A DNA stretch of 64,000 nucleotides from the NCBI GenBank assembly GCA_002269645.1, contig NIVC01000352.1:186001-250000 (forward strand). Direction: 5' to 3'. This DNA comes from Macrostomum lignano. Lineage: Eukaryota. The notes under the pieces are model-generated. The model was not told the DNA's origin, did no database searches, and saw nothing but the letters and a program-made list of their open reading frames with translations. The translations under genes were made by a program, and so were the position numbers. This document shows, piece after piece, positions 22,483 through 35,554 of the stretch. Every line of letters begins with the position of its first letter. The first letter of the stretch is position 1.

Positions 22483-25400
22483 CTACTGCTGGCCGCCGCT
22501 GAACATCGAGCGCAGATTCTGCGTGATGCCCTGTTTCGGCATTTCGTCATTGCCGTCGCCGGCGCCCCAGCGAGCCACGTCTGCTGGCGGCACCGACGGT
22601 TCGTTCTCCGACGATTCGTCACGCGGCTGCGGCGACGACGGCCTCTCAGCGTCGTCGGAATCACGGGAGCCGGAGACACCAACGGAGGCGGCCCCCGGCA
22701 ATCGGATGTTGTTGTTGACCCCGGAGGTCTCGCGGGCGCGCTGTCGGAGCCGCTCGGAGGTCTCGGGATTTGGCGCAACCTTGCCGCCTTCCACCTCCTT
22801 GTTCTTCCACATCTGCAGCGCCGAGCGGGTGAAGTTGGCCGGCGGCAGCTCATCGGCCGGATTTGGATCGCCTGACCGGACAACGTCAGGCGGCCGCTCA
22901 ACCGGGCTGGACTCAGATTCGGCGGCGCTGCGCACCGGGGCGGTGTAGTCAAAGTCCATGTTGGGCTGCGGCTGGTAGGGTCGGCGCTGGGTCGGGGCGA
23001 CGGCCTGGAGTGGGACGGCGAGCGGGCGCTCAGTACTTTAATCGTGCGCATTTACTTCAATAGTGCGCGCGTACTCTAATAATGCTCACGTACTCTAATA
23101 GTGCGCACGTACTTAAATAGTGCGCAGTACTTTAATAGCGCACGTGTACTTTTAACATGTGCATGTACTTTTAACAGTGCGCATGTACATTTACAGTGCA
23201 CAAGAATTGTAGTTGCAACTTAAAGCAAAGAGTTTGACTGCTTATTGAAAATATGCGCTCTTCCCCTTTCATTACTTCGAGTCTGATCACTCTGTTGTTA
23301 TCAGACACTAAAACTTTATAATTTTATAGTTTTTTTACTGATTTTTACCTAGTACATTTACGCGTAATGCCCGAGCCCTAGGATACAAAAGTGCAAACGT
23401 ACAAAAGTGCAAATGCGTGACAAACTAAAGCATACTTTTTCAGAGCAACTCTGCAATCATTGAGCTTCTTCAAACTTCAAAGGAATTTAATAACAAAAAC
23501 TTGAGCTCATGGTAACTGATATCGGTGACTAAAATCAGTGCTGAAAATAAATTATAATCTTGTTTTACTGAGGCTTAAGCAGGTGCAAGCTTTGCAATAC
23601 CGCATTGCAATCATTATTGAGCAGCATCTAGTTCACTTGAGTGTTTGTGAATCATTCGCTTCTACTGGCTGGCAATCATTAGCTGTCCTCGAATGGATTG
23701 CTAATCTAGTAGGCGTGATTTAAATCAAACTGTAAAACAATTAGCCAAGGATTTGTGCTGTTTTCAAACAGGAAATGATGAAGGCTCCGACTAGCAATCC
23801 ATTTGGGTAATTATTAGATTAGCGTGGCCCAGTGAACTGCGGGTGGGTGATTTTGTCTCTGAGATATTCTACATTGCCGCCGGTACCTCCGCCCTCCTGG
23901 GAGACGGCGGCCCGCTCGCCTGGCTGTACGAAGACTGTCGCCGAGCCCCCGCTGCCGAGGACAGCGAGGACGAAGACGGCGAGCGCTCGAATGATGCAAG
24001 AGATTGTCGCTTCCTCTGAAGCAATTGCTGCTCCTGCTGTTGAGTCTGCTGCTTCTGCAGCTCCTTATCTCGCCAGACGCTCAGCAGAGCCTTGGCGATG
24101 CCCTGCTGCGGCAGGATGTCATTGCTGTCCGACTCGCGAACGATGCCATCAGCAGCTGACGACGGCTGATGCTGTTCCGCTGAAATCTGCTTTTGCAAAG
24201 AGGACGATGGCTGCTGCTGGGGCTGCTGTTTCTGCAGAGGGACGCTGGCTCGACGGTCCAAAGTGGTATTGGAGTTGGGCCGCTGCAAGATTTCAATGGC
24301 TATTTTCTGCTGCTGCTGCTAAAGCAGATGGCTCTGAATGAGCTCGCTATTAGCTGGTAAAGTACTACCGAATAGGGGTAGTGGCCTGGCTGTCTAGTGA
24401 ATGAAATCCATTTACCAACGGCACACTCCAGAGAGGAAGAGAGGCAGATTCAATGGGAGCAGAGAGGCGGATTCAATGGGAGCAGAGAGGCAGATTCAAT
24501 GGGAGCAGAGAGGCAGATTCAATGGGAGCAGAGAGGCGGATTCAATGGGAGCAGAGAGGCAGATTCAATGGGAGAATAGAGGCAGATTCAATGGGAGCAG
24601 AGAGGCGGATTCAATGGGAGCAGAGAGGCAGATTCAATGGGAGCAGAGAGGCAGATTCAATGGGAGCAGAGAGGCAGATTCAATGGGAGCAGAGAGGCGG
24701 ATTCAATGGGAGCAGAGAGGCAGATTCAATGGGAGAATAGAGGCAGATTCAATGGGAGCAGAGAGGCAGATTCAATGGGAGCAGAGAGGCAGATTCAATG
24801 GGAGCAGAGAGGCAGATTCAATGGGAGCAGAGAGGCAGATTCAATGGGAGCAGAGAGGCAGATTCAATGGGAGCAGAGAGGCAGATTCAATGGGAGCAGA
24901 GAGGCGGATTCAATGGGAGCAGAGAGGCAGATTCAATGGGAGCAGAGAGGCAGATTCAATGGGAGCAGAGAAGCAGATTCAATGGGAGCAGAGAGGCAGA
25001 TTCAATGGGAGCAGAGAGGCGGATTCAATGGGAGCAGAGAGGCAGATTCAATGGGAGCAGAGAGGCAGATTCAATGGGAGCAGAGAGGCAGATTCAATGG
25101 GAGCAGAGAGGCGGATTCAATGGGAGCAGAGAGGCAGATTCAATGGGAGCAGAGAGGCAGATTCAATGGGAGCAGAGAAGCAGATTCAATGGGAGCAGAG
25201 AGGCAGATTCAATGGGAGCAGAGAGGCGGATTCAATGGGAGCAGAGAGGCAGATTCAATGGGAGCAGAGAGGCAGATTCAATGACTAAAACTGATTAGGA
25301 ATAAGTGCTAGAGCTTGAGTCCCATACGATCAGTGCAGCAGATTCACTCATAGGCTAGACGATGAGTCAGATATGCATTTCAGTGCACTCAGCCTTAAAT

Positions 25401-28400
25401 TGTTAATAAACAAATCGTGAGATTGGATACTAGCAGTTTTGATAACAGCTGGTTAATGCGATTCGACTATCATCTAATCAACCCAACAACTAATAAAAGG
25501 CAACAAAAATCACAACCAAATAAGCAGTTAAAATGCACTGTAAAACTTTCAAAGCCAGCTGGATAAGCTTCGATAGAAAATTTTTTGGAAAAATTGAATT
25601 GAGTCTAATCAATAAACTGAATTGAGTCTACTCAGTAAACTGAATTGAGTCTACTCAATAAACTGAATTGAGTCTACTCAATAAACTGAATTGAGTCTAC
25701 TCAATAAACTGAATTGAGTCTACTCAGTAAACTGAATTGACTCTAACTCAGTAAACTGAATTGAGTCTACTCAATAAACTGAATTGAGTCTACCTCAATA
25801 AACTGAATTGAGTCTACTCAAGTAAACTGAATTGAGTCTACCTCAATAAACTGAATTGAGTCTACCTTAATAAACAGGTACGATTCTACTCAATAAAAAG
25901 ATTTAAGTCTTCCTGAAAAATGACTTCAATCTCAAAGCCCTGAGCGCTCACCCCTTTCAGTCTGCCTGGTTGCTGCTGCTGGTCCTTAGCTGGTTGCTGG
26001 CCGCCCGTCTCCAAGTTGCGGAACATGGCCAGCACACTCTTGCTGGCACCTGGCGGCGGCAGCTCACCTTCAGCCGGGACAGCATCGCCGCTGCGCACAA
26101 CATCGGCTGGTGGATCGGAGTGGGCACCGTTGCGGCTGCCGGGTGTCGGGTGGTGGCCACCAGAGCCGGGCGGGGTGACGACAACCTGAATGAGACGGAG
26201 TTGTGTACTTTTAGGTTTGAAAATAATATTTTCTAGCAGCAAAAAAATTAAATGAAATTTTTGCTACACACTACTGATCGCATTGACTATCAGTAGTGTA
26301 CAGTGCGAGCATGATGAATAGGACAGTTGACAGGTTCAACTTGACCGCACATTTGTAATTAATTCCAGCCAGCAACTGGACGCATGCTTATTGATTTATG
26401 AAATTATGAAATCTAAAATAATTGAGATCAACAAGTGCGATTAGCCTTATCTACTAGTGATAAAAAGTTTCGTGATTAAAATGCGACGCGCCAGCGTATA
26501 CTATATTACGCAAATATTTTTTCATAGAAAAAGTGCTCCATGTGTACTTTTACGTCGGCCACGTTTGGCGAACTCCAACGAGGCTCGCGGCTCCAAACGC
26601 CGCCGCCGCCGCCGCCGTTGGCCGCGGGGGCAGCGCTGAAGCGTTTGGAGGCTGGCGCGGCGGCAGCGGGAGACGAGGCTCTGCGAGGACTCGAAGATCC
26701 ATCGCCAATCGATAGGCGACTCTGCTGCTGCAGCAGCATGAGTGCATTTATTAATTTATTTAATACGATTTTCTCACATAACTTGTTGATCACAGATACT
26801 CACGCTTATCTACTCATTTTTCAGTAGCATAATAATCGTTTTTTACTTTTAATATATAGTAGAATTAAAAGCATTTAATCTTACGATACATTTAAAGTTT
26901 TTGAAGTAGCAACAATCGACTCGAGCTTTTTACAAGCAGAACCATAAAATTTGTATCTTCAATCCGTTTGAAGCTGCACCCAAATCCAGTGCGTGCGAGC
27001 AAGAGAAGAGCGAGCGAGAAAAGAGGTGGCGCCCAGCCCCCAGCGAGGCAGATAAATTTTGGCTTTCCTCTTTCCCGCTTGTGTCTGACTTTGACCTCTC
27101 TCCTTACTGCTTTGTCATTGGCTGAGCTAGATTGGGCCTGCCCCCTAGGTTGAGTTTCGTCCGTCTGACTTTGACGTCTCTCTTTACTGCTCTCTCATTG
27201 GCTGAGCTAGATTAGGCCTGCCCCCTAGGCTGAGTTTCGTCCGTCTGACCTTGATCTCTCTCCTTCCTGCTCTCTCATTGGCTGAGCTAGATTGGGCCTG
27301 CCCCTAGGTGAGTTTCGTCCGTCTGACTTTGACGTCTCTCTTTACTTCTCTCTCATTGGCTGAGCTAGATTAGGCCTGCCCCCTAGGCTGAGTTTCGTCC
27401 GTCTGACCTTGATCTCTCTCCTTCCTGCTCTCTCATTGGCTGAGCTAGATTGGGCCTGCCCCTAGGTGAGTTTCGTCCGTCTGACTTTGACGTCTCTCTT
27501 TACTTCTCTCTCATTGGCTGAGCTAGATTGGGCCTGCCCCCTAGGTTGAGTTTCGTCCGTCCGACTTTGACGTCTCTCTTTACTTCTCTCTCATTGGCTG
27601 AGCTAGATTAGGCCTGCCCCTAGGTTGAGTTTCGTCCGTCTGACTTTGACGTCTCTCTTTACTTCTCTCTCATTGGCTGAGCTAGATTGAGCCTGCCCCC
27701 CTAGACTAAGTTTCATCCGTCTTGCGGTTGCGTGTTAAATTGCGTACATTGAGTTTGTTCATTCTTAACCCTATATGCTCCTGAGGCCGCAAACCTCGAG
27801 GAAGGGAAGGAAAGTTTTGCTGCCACAAAACACATAAGTGACACTGCGCAGACAAACTACTGAAAAAGTAAAGGCTGTACTTTTCACAACTTTAATTATC
27901 TGGTTATTTTGCGAGCTAGCATCTGTCACTTTGATATGATACGGTCAATGGTTTGCAGTAGATTTCTTAAAATCATTCTATTCTGTTCGGCCCTAAATCA
28001 GCACTTAACTTCCGGCAGGTGTTTTGGGGAAGCTATTGAACTCAGGTCATAGCAATTTTTTATATTTTTACCTGTTGCGTAATTTGTACATTTACGTGCG
28101 CAACACACTACTGATGTCTTTGACAGCGCTATGCGTTTTGTGGAGCACACCAAATGCACTGGCGATACGACTAATATCATCCAGCAAATTTCCAAGAAAA
28201 CCGAGTATAGCGTCTTTCTACTGCAGTTGCTCATGCATTTACTCAGTAGTATTGCGGCACATTGAAACAATTTCGAAAAAAATTTTTGAAAAAAAATTAG
28301 CTGAAAATTTACCGAAGAGTCGCCGCTGGATTCGAAGCGAGACTTCAGATTGCTGAGCTTCTGCACCTGCGAGATGCCGTCGTCAACCGGATTGTCTCGG

Positions 28401-31400
28401 CCTGTGGAATCGCAAATTAAACGTATAGTACTACTGCTAGTAGTATCATTTTGACAAAAGCAGCCATATTTTACTTACCAACGATTTCAGCGGCTGGGCG
28501 ATCCGCCGAAGCCTGGTAGTGGCCTGAAATTTAAATTACGTTATTTACGACGTTTTGGAGCAAATTCAAATTTGCACTGATAGAGATAGTGATCCGGCTC
28601 ACCTCGCATGCGGAAAATTTCCAAGTAGTGCGGCTGGCAGTACAGCTGGTTGTCAAGGACACCAAAGTTGCCAACGCTGACGATTGATGGATTGGTAGAA
28701 AAACATGCTGCTATTCGTTCTATTGATTTCAGGCTGATCTGATCGTATCTGCTCACTTTTTCGGCCTGTAACTAATTCTGTCAGACCTGTAACTAATTCT
28801 GCCAGACCTGTAACTAATTCTGTCAGACCTGTAACTAATTCTGTCAGACCTGTAACTCATTCTGCCAGACCTGTAACTCATTCTGTCAGACCTGTAACTC
28901 ATTCTGTCAGACCTGTAACTCATTCTGTCAGACCTGTAACTCATTCTGCCAGACCTGTAACTCATTCTGTCAGACCTGTAACTCATTCTGTCAGACCTGT
29001 AACTCATTCTGTCAGACCTGTAACTAATTCTGCCAGACCTGTAACTCATTCTGTCAGACCTAACTCATTCTGTCAGACCTGTAACTATTTCTGCCAGACC
29101 TGTAACTCATTCTGTCAGACCTAACTCATTCTGTCAGACCTGTAACTCATTCTGTCAGACCTGTAATTCATTCTGTCAGACCTGTAACTCATTCTGTCAG
29201 ACCTGTAACTCATTCTGCCAGACCTGTAACTCATTCTGTCAGACCTAACTCATTCTGTCAGACCTGTAACTAATTTTGCCAGACCTGTAACTCATTCTGT
29301 CAGACCTGTAACTCATTCTGCCAGACCTGTAACTAATTCTGCCAGACCTGTAACTCATTCTGCCAGACCTGTAACTCATTCTGCCAGACCTGTAACTCAT
29401 TTTGCCAGGCCTGTAACTCATTCCTTCAGCCTGTAACTCATTCTGTCAGACCTGTAACTCATTCTGCCAGACCTGTAACTCATTTTGCCAGGCCTGTAAC
29501 TCATTCCTTCAGCCTGTAACTCATTCTGTCAGGTCTGTAACTCATTCTGTCAGGTCTGTAATAACTTACCTCAGCAGACGGTTGCACTTGTGGCACCTGT
29601 AGCAGGATTTGTGGTAGACGTGACCGTCAGAGGTGAGCTGCTCCATTGGGTAGACTTTCTTCTGGCACAGGCGGCACACATCGCCTGGACTGCCCTGTTG
29701 AAATCGAAGAGTAAAAGTTCCTTAATTTATTATTTTCATCGAAAATAACTACTACGGCAAAAAAAGTAGTGCTAGGCGCAAGTTATTGGAGAAATTTGAA
29801 CCTCTAATTGGAGACATTTTTGCCAGTGTGGCAAGGCTCCCCACAGACCGCATTATTTTAGTTAAATTTTTCACATATTGTTGCGTAAAAACACGATCAA
29901 AATTATAGTGACACAGTAACGCCCACAGCATAAACTCTATACAGCTATGATTACAACTATAATAATGCTCGAAAATGCAAGTTAAACTAAATCTGTCCCT
30001 AATCCACAAAAAATACACGGCAGTTATGATTAGCCCAGCGGTTAAAGCTTCAAACCCATATTGAGTTACATCATAAAATGCTGATCTCTATTATAATCGG
30101 ATTAGTGGTGTTAACTCGCAGATTAATAAATCTATATTTATTATGTGGACAGGCAATAGCTAGCAAACAGAGTCTGTTCTTAGCTGCAATAGCCGAGGCT
30201 TACAATTCCTACGCCAACAAAATATGCATTCGGCGTGTCTGACAGCTTCCGCTGCTGCGGCTTCTTACTAGCGGAAGCAACCGGTTCCGCATCCGGTGCT
30301 GACCAAACCGGAACAGCCCGCTCCTTGATTGCATCAAAATTGTGTTATTGCGTTATAATTGTGTTATATATATAAATAGAGATGTACAGGGTAATGTAGG
30401 TTAAAAAGGTGCCTGTAACACAGAAAGTACGTGAAGTGTGCTTGAAATATTGATAAATAATCATTGGTCGTGTTTTGACTCGAGCAGTGAAATTTATCAC
30501 TGACATAAGAGTGAAATCATGCCATTTTTAAGTTATTTCCCCTTTAGTACACTAAATTGACAATTGTGTGACATTCTGTTCTCGAGAACAGCATACCAAG
30601 CTAGTGTACGCTTGGTCAGAGTGAAAAGTTACAAAGCATATAATAAATGCAGTTTTGCTAAATCGAAACCAATAAATAATTTCTCTAACCCCTACGCGCC
30701 CGCTGATTGGTTAAAAAAATAGGACCAGTCAATTGTTGCTAAAAATAGCACTAGAAAACCAGCCTTAACCTTCGATGCACGCTCACACAAGGTGTACAGC
30801 GGTTCTTTGATTTTTGTTTGAATTTCTAATTGTCACGCATGTGCACCCTCTGTACTTTGGGGGTTGGCCCCTCAGCCATTTTTCGTGTACAAGCCCCAAA
30901 TGAATGTGGCCGCCCACGGAATCAAACCAGGTGTTTATATGCTTGGTGCAGTAAACTTACAATTTCTAGATAAATTTCGAACATCAATAATGAATTTCGA
31001 TATAATAATTATTTTCAAGAATAAAGATTCTATCTTCACGGCAGTTCTAAACAGATGAATCAGGAGAGGGCACAGATACAAAAATAACTAGATGGGCCAC
31101 TCAGGCATATATACTTAGTAAAACAGCTTTCTACTTTCTGTTCAGTAGCAAATAAGAATACATAAGCTATTTTATAAAAATAAAGCCAGTTGAAACGACT
31201 TTGATAAGTTTAGAAGCCAAGCTTGCAGGCGTAAACAACTTGCTAATTGGTTCAGCAACAACGTACATTGGCCAGTCCACTGAAATGTACATGGCAGCTT
31301 TAGGCTGGAATTCCGAAAGGCAATATAAATTGGGGCGGGTCGAGGGGGGTAGTGTGGAAAGGCGCGGTTGGAGGGTTTAAGCTAAAGGGTAAAAGCCAAA

Positions 31401-34400
31401 AAATGAGCCTTAGCTTTAAAAATACATTAAAATGCTTCTGTTTAATTTGCTACTGACCTGAAAGTAGCTTGCACGCAAATGTGCTGAGTGGCCCATCTAG
31501 TTAAACTTTTTATTCTAGTATCTGTGATGCGAGCCGGTACAACTTAGCACCAAAGTTTTCTTGGACAACAACAAAGGGGATTTAAATAGATTGAATAATA
31601 CTACACAAAAAGTAAGCTGAATCAACAATAAAATCGTTGCCATGGGCAACAAATATCAAGCTGATGACTAAGATTTCAATCGTCATAAAAATTAGGAACG
31701 CAATGAAATTAGCACACAGGGCTGCCGAAACAGCGTGATCTGAGAATATAATCTGACTAAACAGCATGCGCCAGCGCAGGTGTGGGCTTTTACATTGAAA
31801 GAATTTCTGGACTGAGAAGAAACTGCCGCCGTTGCGTTGCCAGAAGAATTATGAGTCGAATTGCTGTACTGCATGGCAACAGACTTGGTGCTGGTGCTCC
31901 AATCGTGCTCCGATTTGGGGCGCAGAGAGATTTCCTGCGTTAGTTAATCGTAGATTCGCAATGTTATGCACTAAAGCTGTAGCTAAATACGATTGTTATA
32001 GCTGCATGTTATTACTGTCAGTAGCGTTAAAACTTTTACTGAAGAAATCTGTCACCAGTTCTCTGTCACAAAGTTTCTTAGTTAGAGACAGGGGGTTGTG
32101 CACTTTAAGCGACATTGTCACACAACCGGCGAGAGGCATTACTGCCCATTCCGCCGACTCCCCTAAGCAGGCACACAAGCGCGCGGATACGTACGCAGTC
32201 ATACGCACAGGCACACACTCACACAGGAGTGTACAGGAGTGTCCTTATCTTTTTTATCGTTAGGCATGTACACTTCACTGCGCCTTTGTGGGGGGGGGGG
32301 GGTTTGGCCCTCAAGGGCGTTAATTGCACGAGCAGAGCCAAGCCAAGATTCCAATTTAGCCCCAAATTAATGTGACTGCACTTGGAATCGAGCCTGGGCC
32401 GCTGGCACATCAGAGCGCCGCACATCAAGACCCCATCTCACACCATTAACTCAAAATAAAAATACGACACAACAAACAATGAGTGTAAATTGTTTTGACC
32501 GCGTAATAATCAGTTGAATGGGTTAACTGTGATTCATGACTGTAAGGTTAATCCAGGTAGTGTGCAAAAGAAAACGGGTCATTAGCACTAGTTCTAGGAT
32601 GCCTAGTTTCATTAGAGTTAAGACTTAGTAGTTTTACCAGTGCAGCAAAAGGTTGGCTGGATGTAAGGAAACCAGAGTAGTACATTATTGTTGCCAGTAT
32701 TAATTATATTAGTTAATTACTTAGCAAGAGTCAGGTTTCAGAAATAGCCATTCACAAGCACAGGTATAGAAAATAACGTAGGAAAGCGGTATTAATCAAG
32801 GTAAAAACACTTAGGCAACGGAAGTCGCATGCAAGGAAAAGTAGATAATAATAACATAAGTTAGATCTGAAAAAGGCACCAGCCAATGAGAGTCGAGTGG
32901 GGTGGGAAGAAAGGACAGTTCAAAAGGGCGAGACAGTGTACACCCAGCACCAGCCAATGAGAGTCGAGTGGGGTGGGAAGAAAGGACAGTTCAAAAGGGC
33001 GAGACAGTGTACACCCAGCACCAGCCAATGAGAGTCGAGCGGGGTCGGATTAGGAAGAAAGGACAGTTCAAAAGGGCGAGACAGTGTACACCCAGCACCA
33101 GCCAATGAGAGTCGAGCGGGGTCGGATTAGGAAGAAAGGACAGTTCAAAAGGGCGAGACAGTGTACACCCAGCACCAGCCAATGAGAATCGAATAATTCA
33201 TAACAGACCATAATTCAACAAAAACAATGAGTTCATGCTTAAGCATAAGGCGCATAGCCAGACTGGAATTCCCAAATCCACTGAGCACTCACCACTCCAC
33301 CGCCGCTGGACTCAACTTCATATTGTCGATTGTCGAATACTGACGCATCGGCCCTGACATCGACATCGGCATCAACGTCGACCTTGACCTCCTCGTTGTT
33401 GGCAACTGACTGCCCGTCGGCGGACAGAATGCTGCCGAAGTCAATGGCGGCGGGTTCGTCTCCTTGCTGCTGCTGCTGCTCCGCCATGCCGCTGGTGTCG
33501 GCAGGATTTGGACTGTCCAGTTCGATGATTGGATCCTGCTGCTGATCCTGCTGCTGCTCAGTGCCGGATTCGGCTGGCTCCAATGGCGATTGAGCCTCCT
33601 CTGAGGAAGTTCAGTTGATGCACAACCAAAATAATCACAATAATGACAGTACAGAGTGACTGAGTTGCAACAGAGCTGAGTGACTAAATTTAAAATCGTG
33701 AATTGTTCACTGAACGATAAAAATGACAATTCACTTCTAGCTGATGATTTTAGGCCTTGTGAGGCTTTGATGATTGGATAATGACCGCTCATAAGAGCCT
33801 ATATGAGGGTGAAAATGACCGATCATAACAGCCTATCTAGGAATAACAATGACCGATCATAATAGCTACAGGGAATGACAATGACCGATCATAATAGCTA
33901 CAGGAAATGCAATGACCGATCATAATAGCTACAGAAAATGCAATGACCGATCCTAATAGCTACAGGGGAATTCTAATGACCGATCCTAATAGCTACAGGG
34001 GAATTCCAATGACCGACCATAATAGCTACAGGGGAATCCAATGACCGATCATAATAGCTACAGGGGAATTCCAATGACCGACCATAATAGCTACAGGGGA
34101 ATCCAATGACCGATCATAATAGCTACAGGGAATAAGTATGACCAATCATATGACTATGGATAAATGGATAAAGAATAGGCCTGCGCATGCATCGATCTGG
34201 AAAAATATATACATGAGGATTCTTAATGAGCAATCTGTGAATCAATAAACATACTCAAGTTAGCCTTCAGAAAGCCTTCCTATTCCCATTGAGCCCAACA
34301 GCGAGCAAAGAATTTTGGTAGAGGCTAAAACTGAGCGCAGAAAGCACATTTATCGATCGCTGCCGCTCCAAGGCTGCACCCAGAAGCGGAATATTCGATC

Positions 34401-34800
34401 GGGATAAGGGTGCTCGGTAAGAGCTGCGTGTGTGAGAGGGGAGGAAGATAGACTGGGAAGAGGGTGACTGAGAGCGAGAGCAGAGAACGCAGATGCGAAG
34501 AAAGTGTGCACGACGGCGGCCGGAGTTCCCAGTGTGTACAGCGCCGGTGAACCCAAATGCGCAGCTGGGAGTGAAAAGAACTGACACCACACAGCGACTG
34601 CCGGCCTTCATGAGCCACTGGTGGCCGGCGGCACGATTTGCATTGAAAGCTATTTTAGCCCTAGCTGACTCACGCTGTGGGCGGGCGGCGAGCCTTTGCA
34701 CTTGCCGCAGTCATGGACTGCTGCCTGACTTGAAATATGGATAGGAAACTCTTATCCCAAAATATTTTCTTAGCTATAAGATAGTTACTTTAGTCAAGTC

Positions 34801-34874
<74 letters not shown>

Positions 34875-34897
34875 TATAGATAGATAGATAGATAGAC

Positions 34898-34929
<32 letters not shown>

Positions 34930-34935
34930 GGATAT

Positions 34936-34987
<52 letters not shown>

Positions 34988-35519
34988 ATAGATAGACAGA
35001 TAGATAGATAGATTGATAGATAGATAGATAGATAGATAGATAGTAGATAGCGAGAAAGAGCGAGCGAAGCGAGCTCTTTCGAGCTTGCTTGCCGCAGCCA
35101 ATCAAGCTGAAAGCACGCACACAAGATCACCGGAAACGATTAAGGCAGCTGGAAAGCCAATGGGCGCGGTAAGCGCTTTTATCCAGAGGAACTACCTGCT
35201 GGAACCAGCCATGCCGAACGAAAATCAGACTACTCAAGTAGTGCAAAAGAGTACGTGCAACTACCGAGAAATCTAATTTTCGTAACCGCTCCGGTGCAGG
35301 TCCTGGCTATAGATAGTAGATAGCGAGAAAGAGCGAGCGAAGCGAGCTCTTTCGAGCTTGCTTGCCGCAGCCAATCAAGCTGAAAGCACGCACACAAGAT
35401 CACCGGAAACTATCTATAGATAGATAGATAGATAGATAAATAGATAGACAGATAGATAGATAGATTGATAGATGTATAGATAGATAGATAGATAGATAGA
35501 TGGATATATAGATAGATAT

Positions 35520-35554
<35 letters not shown>

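Noticed and set aside
15130-25298. Long repetitive ORFs at 15130-15704, 20207-21420 and 24401-25298
   Set aside because: All derive from 30-, 21/22- and 23-bp tandem repeats. The last lies antisense within a LIM-gene intron.
24440-29560. Regular short repeats as CRISPR-like arrays
   Set aside because: The repeats are head-to-tail with no unique spacers, no cas genes are present, and the context is eukaryotic introns.
34267-34744. Several overlapping 80-144 aa ORFs in a GC-rich patch
   Set aside because: No recognisable motif and no phase-compatible splice sites into the LIM gene. Possibly UTR or regulatory sequence.
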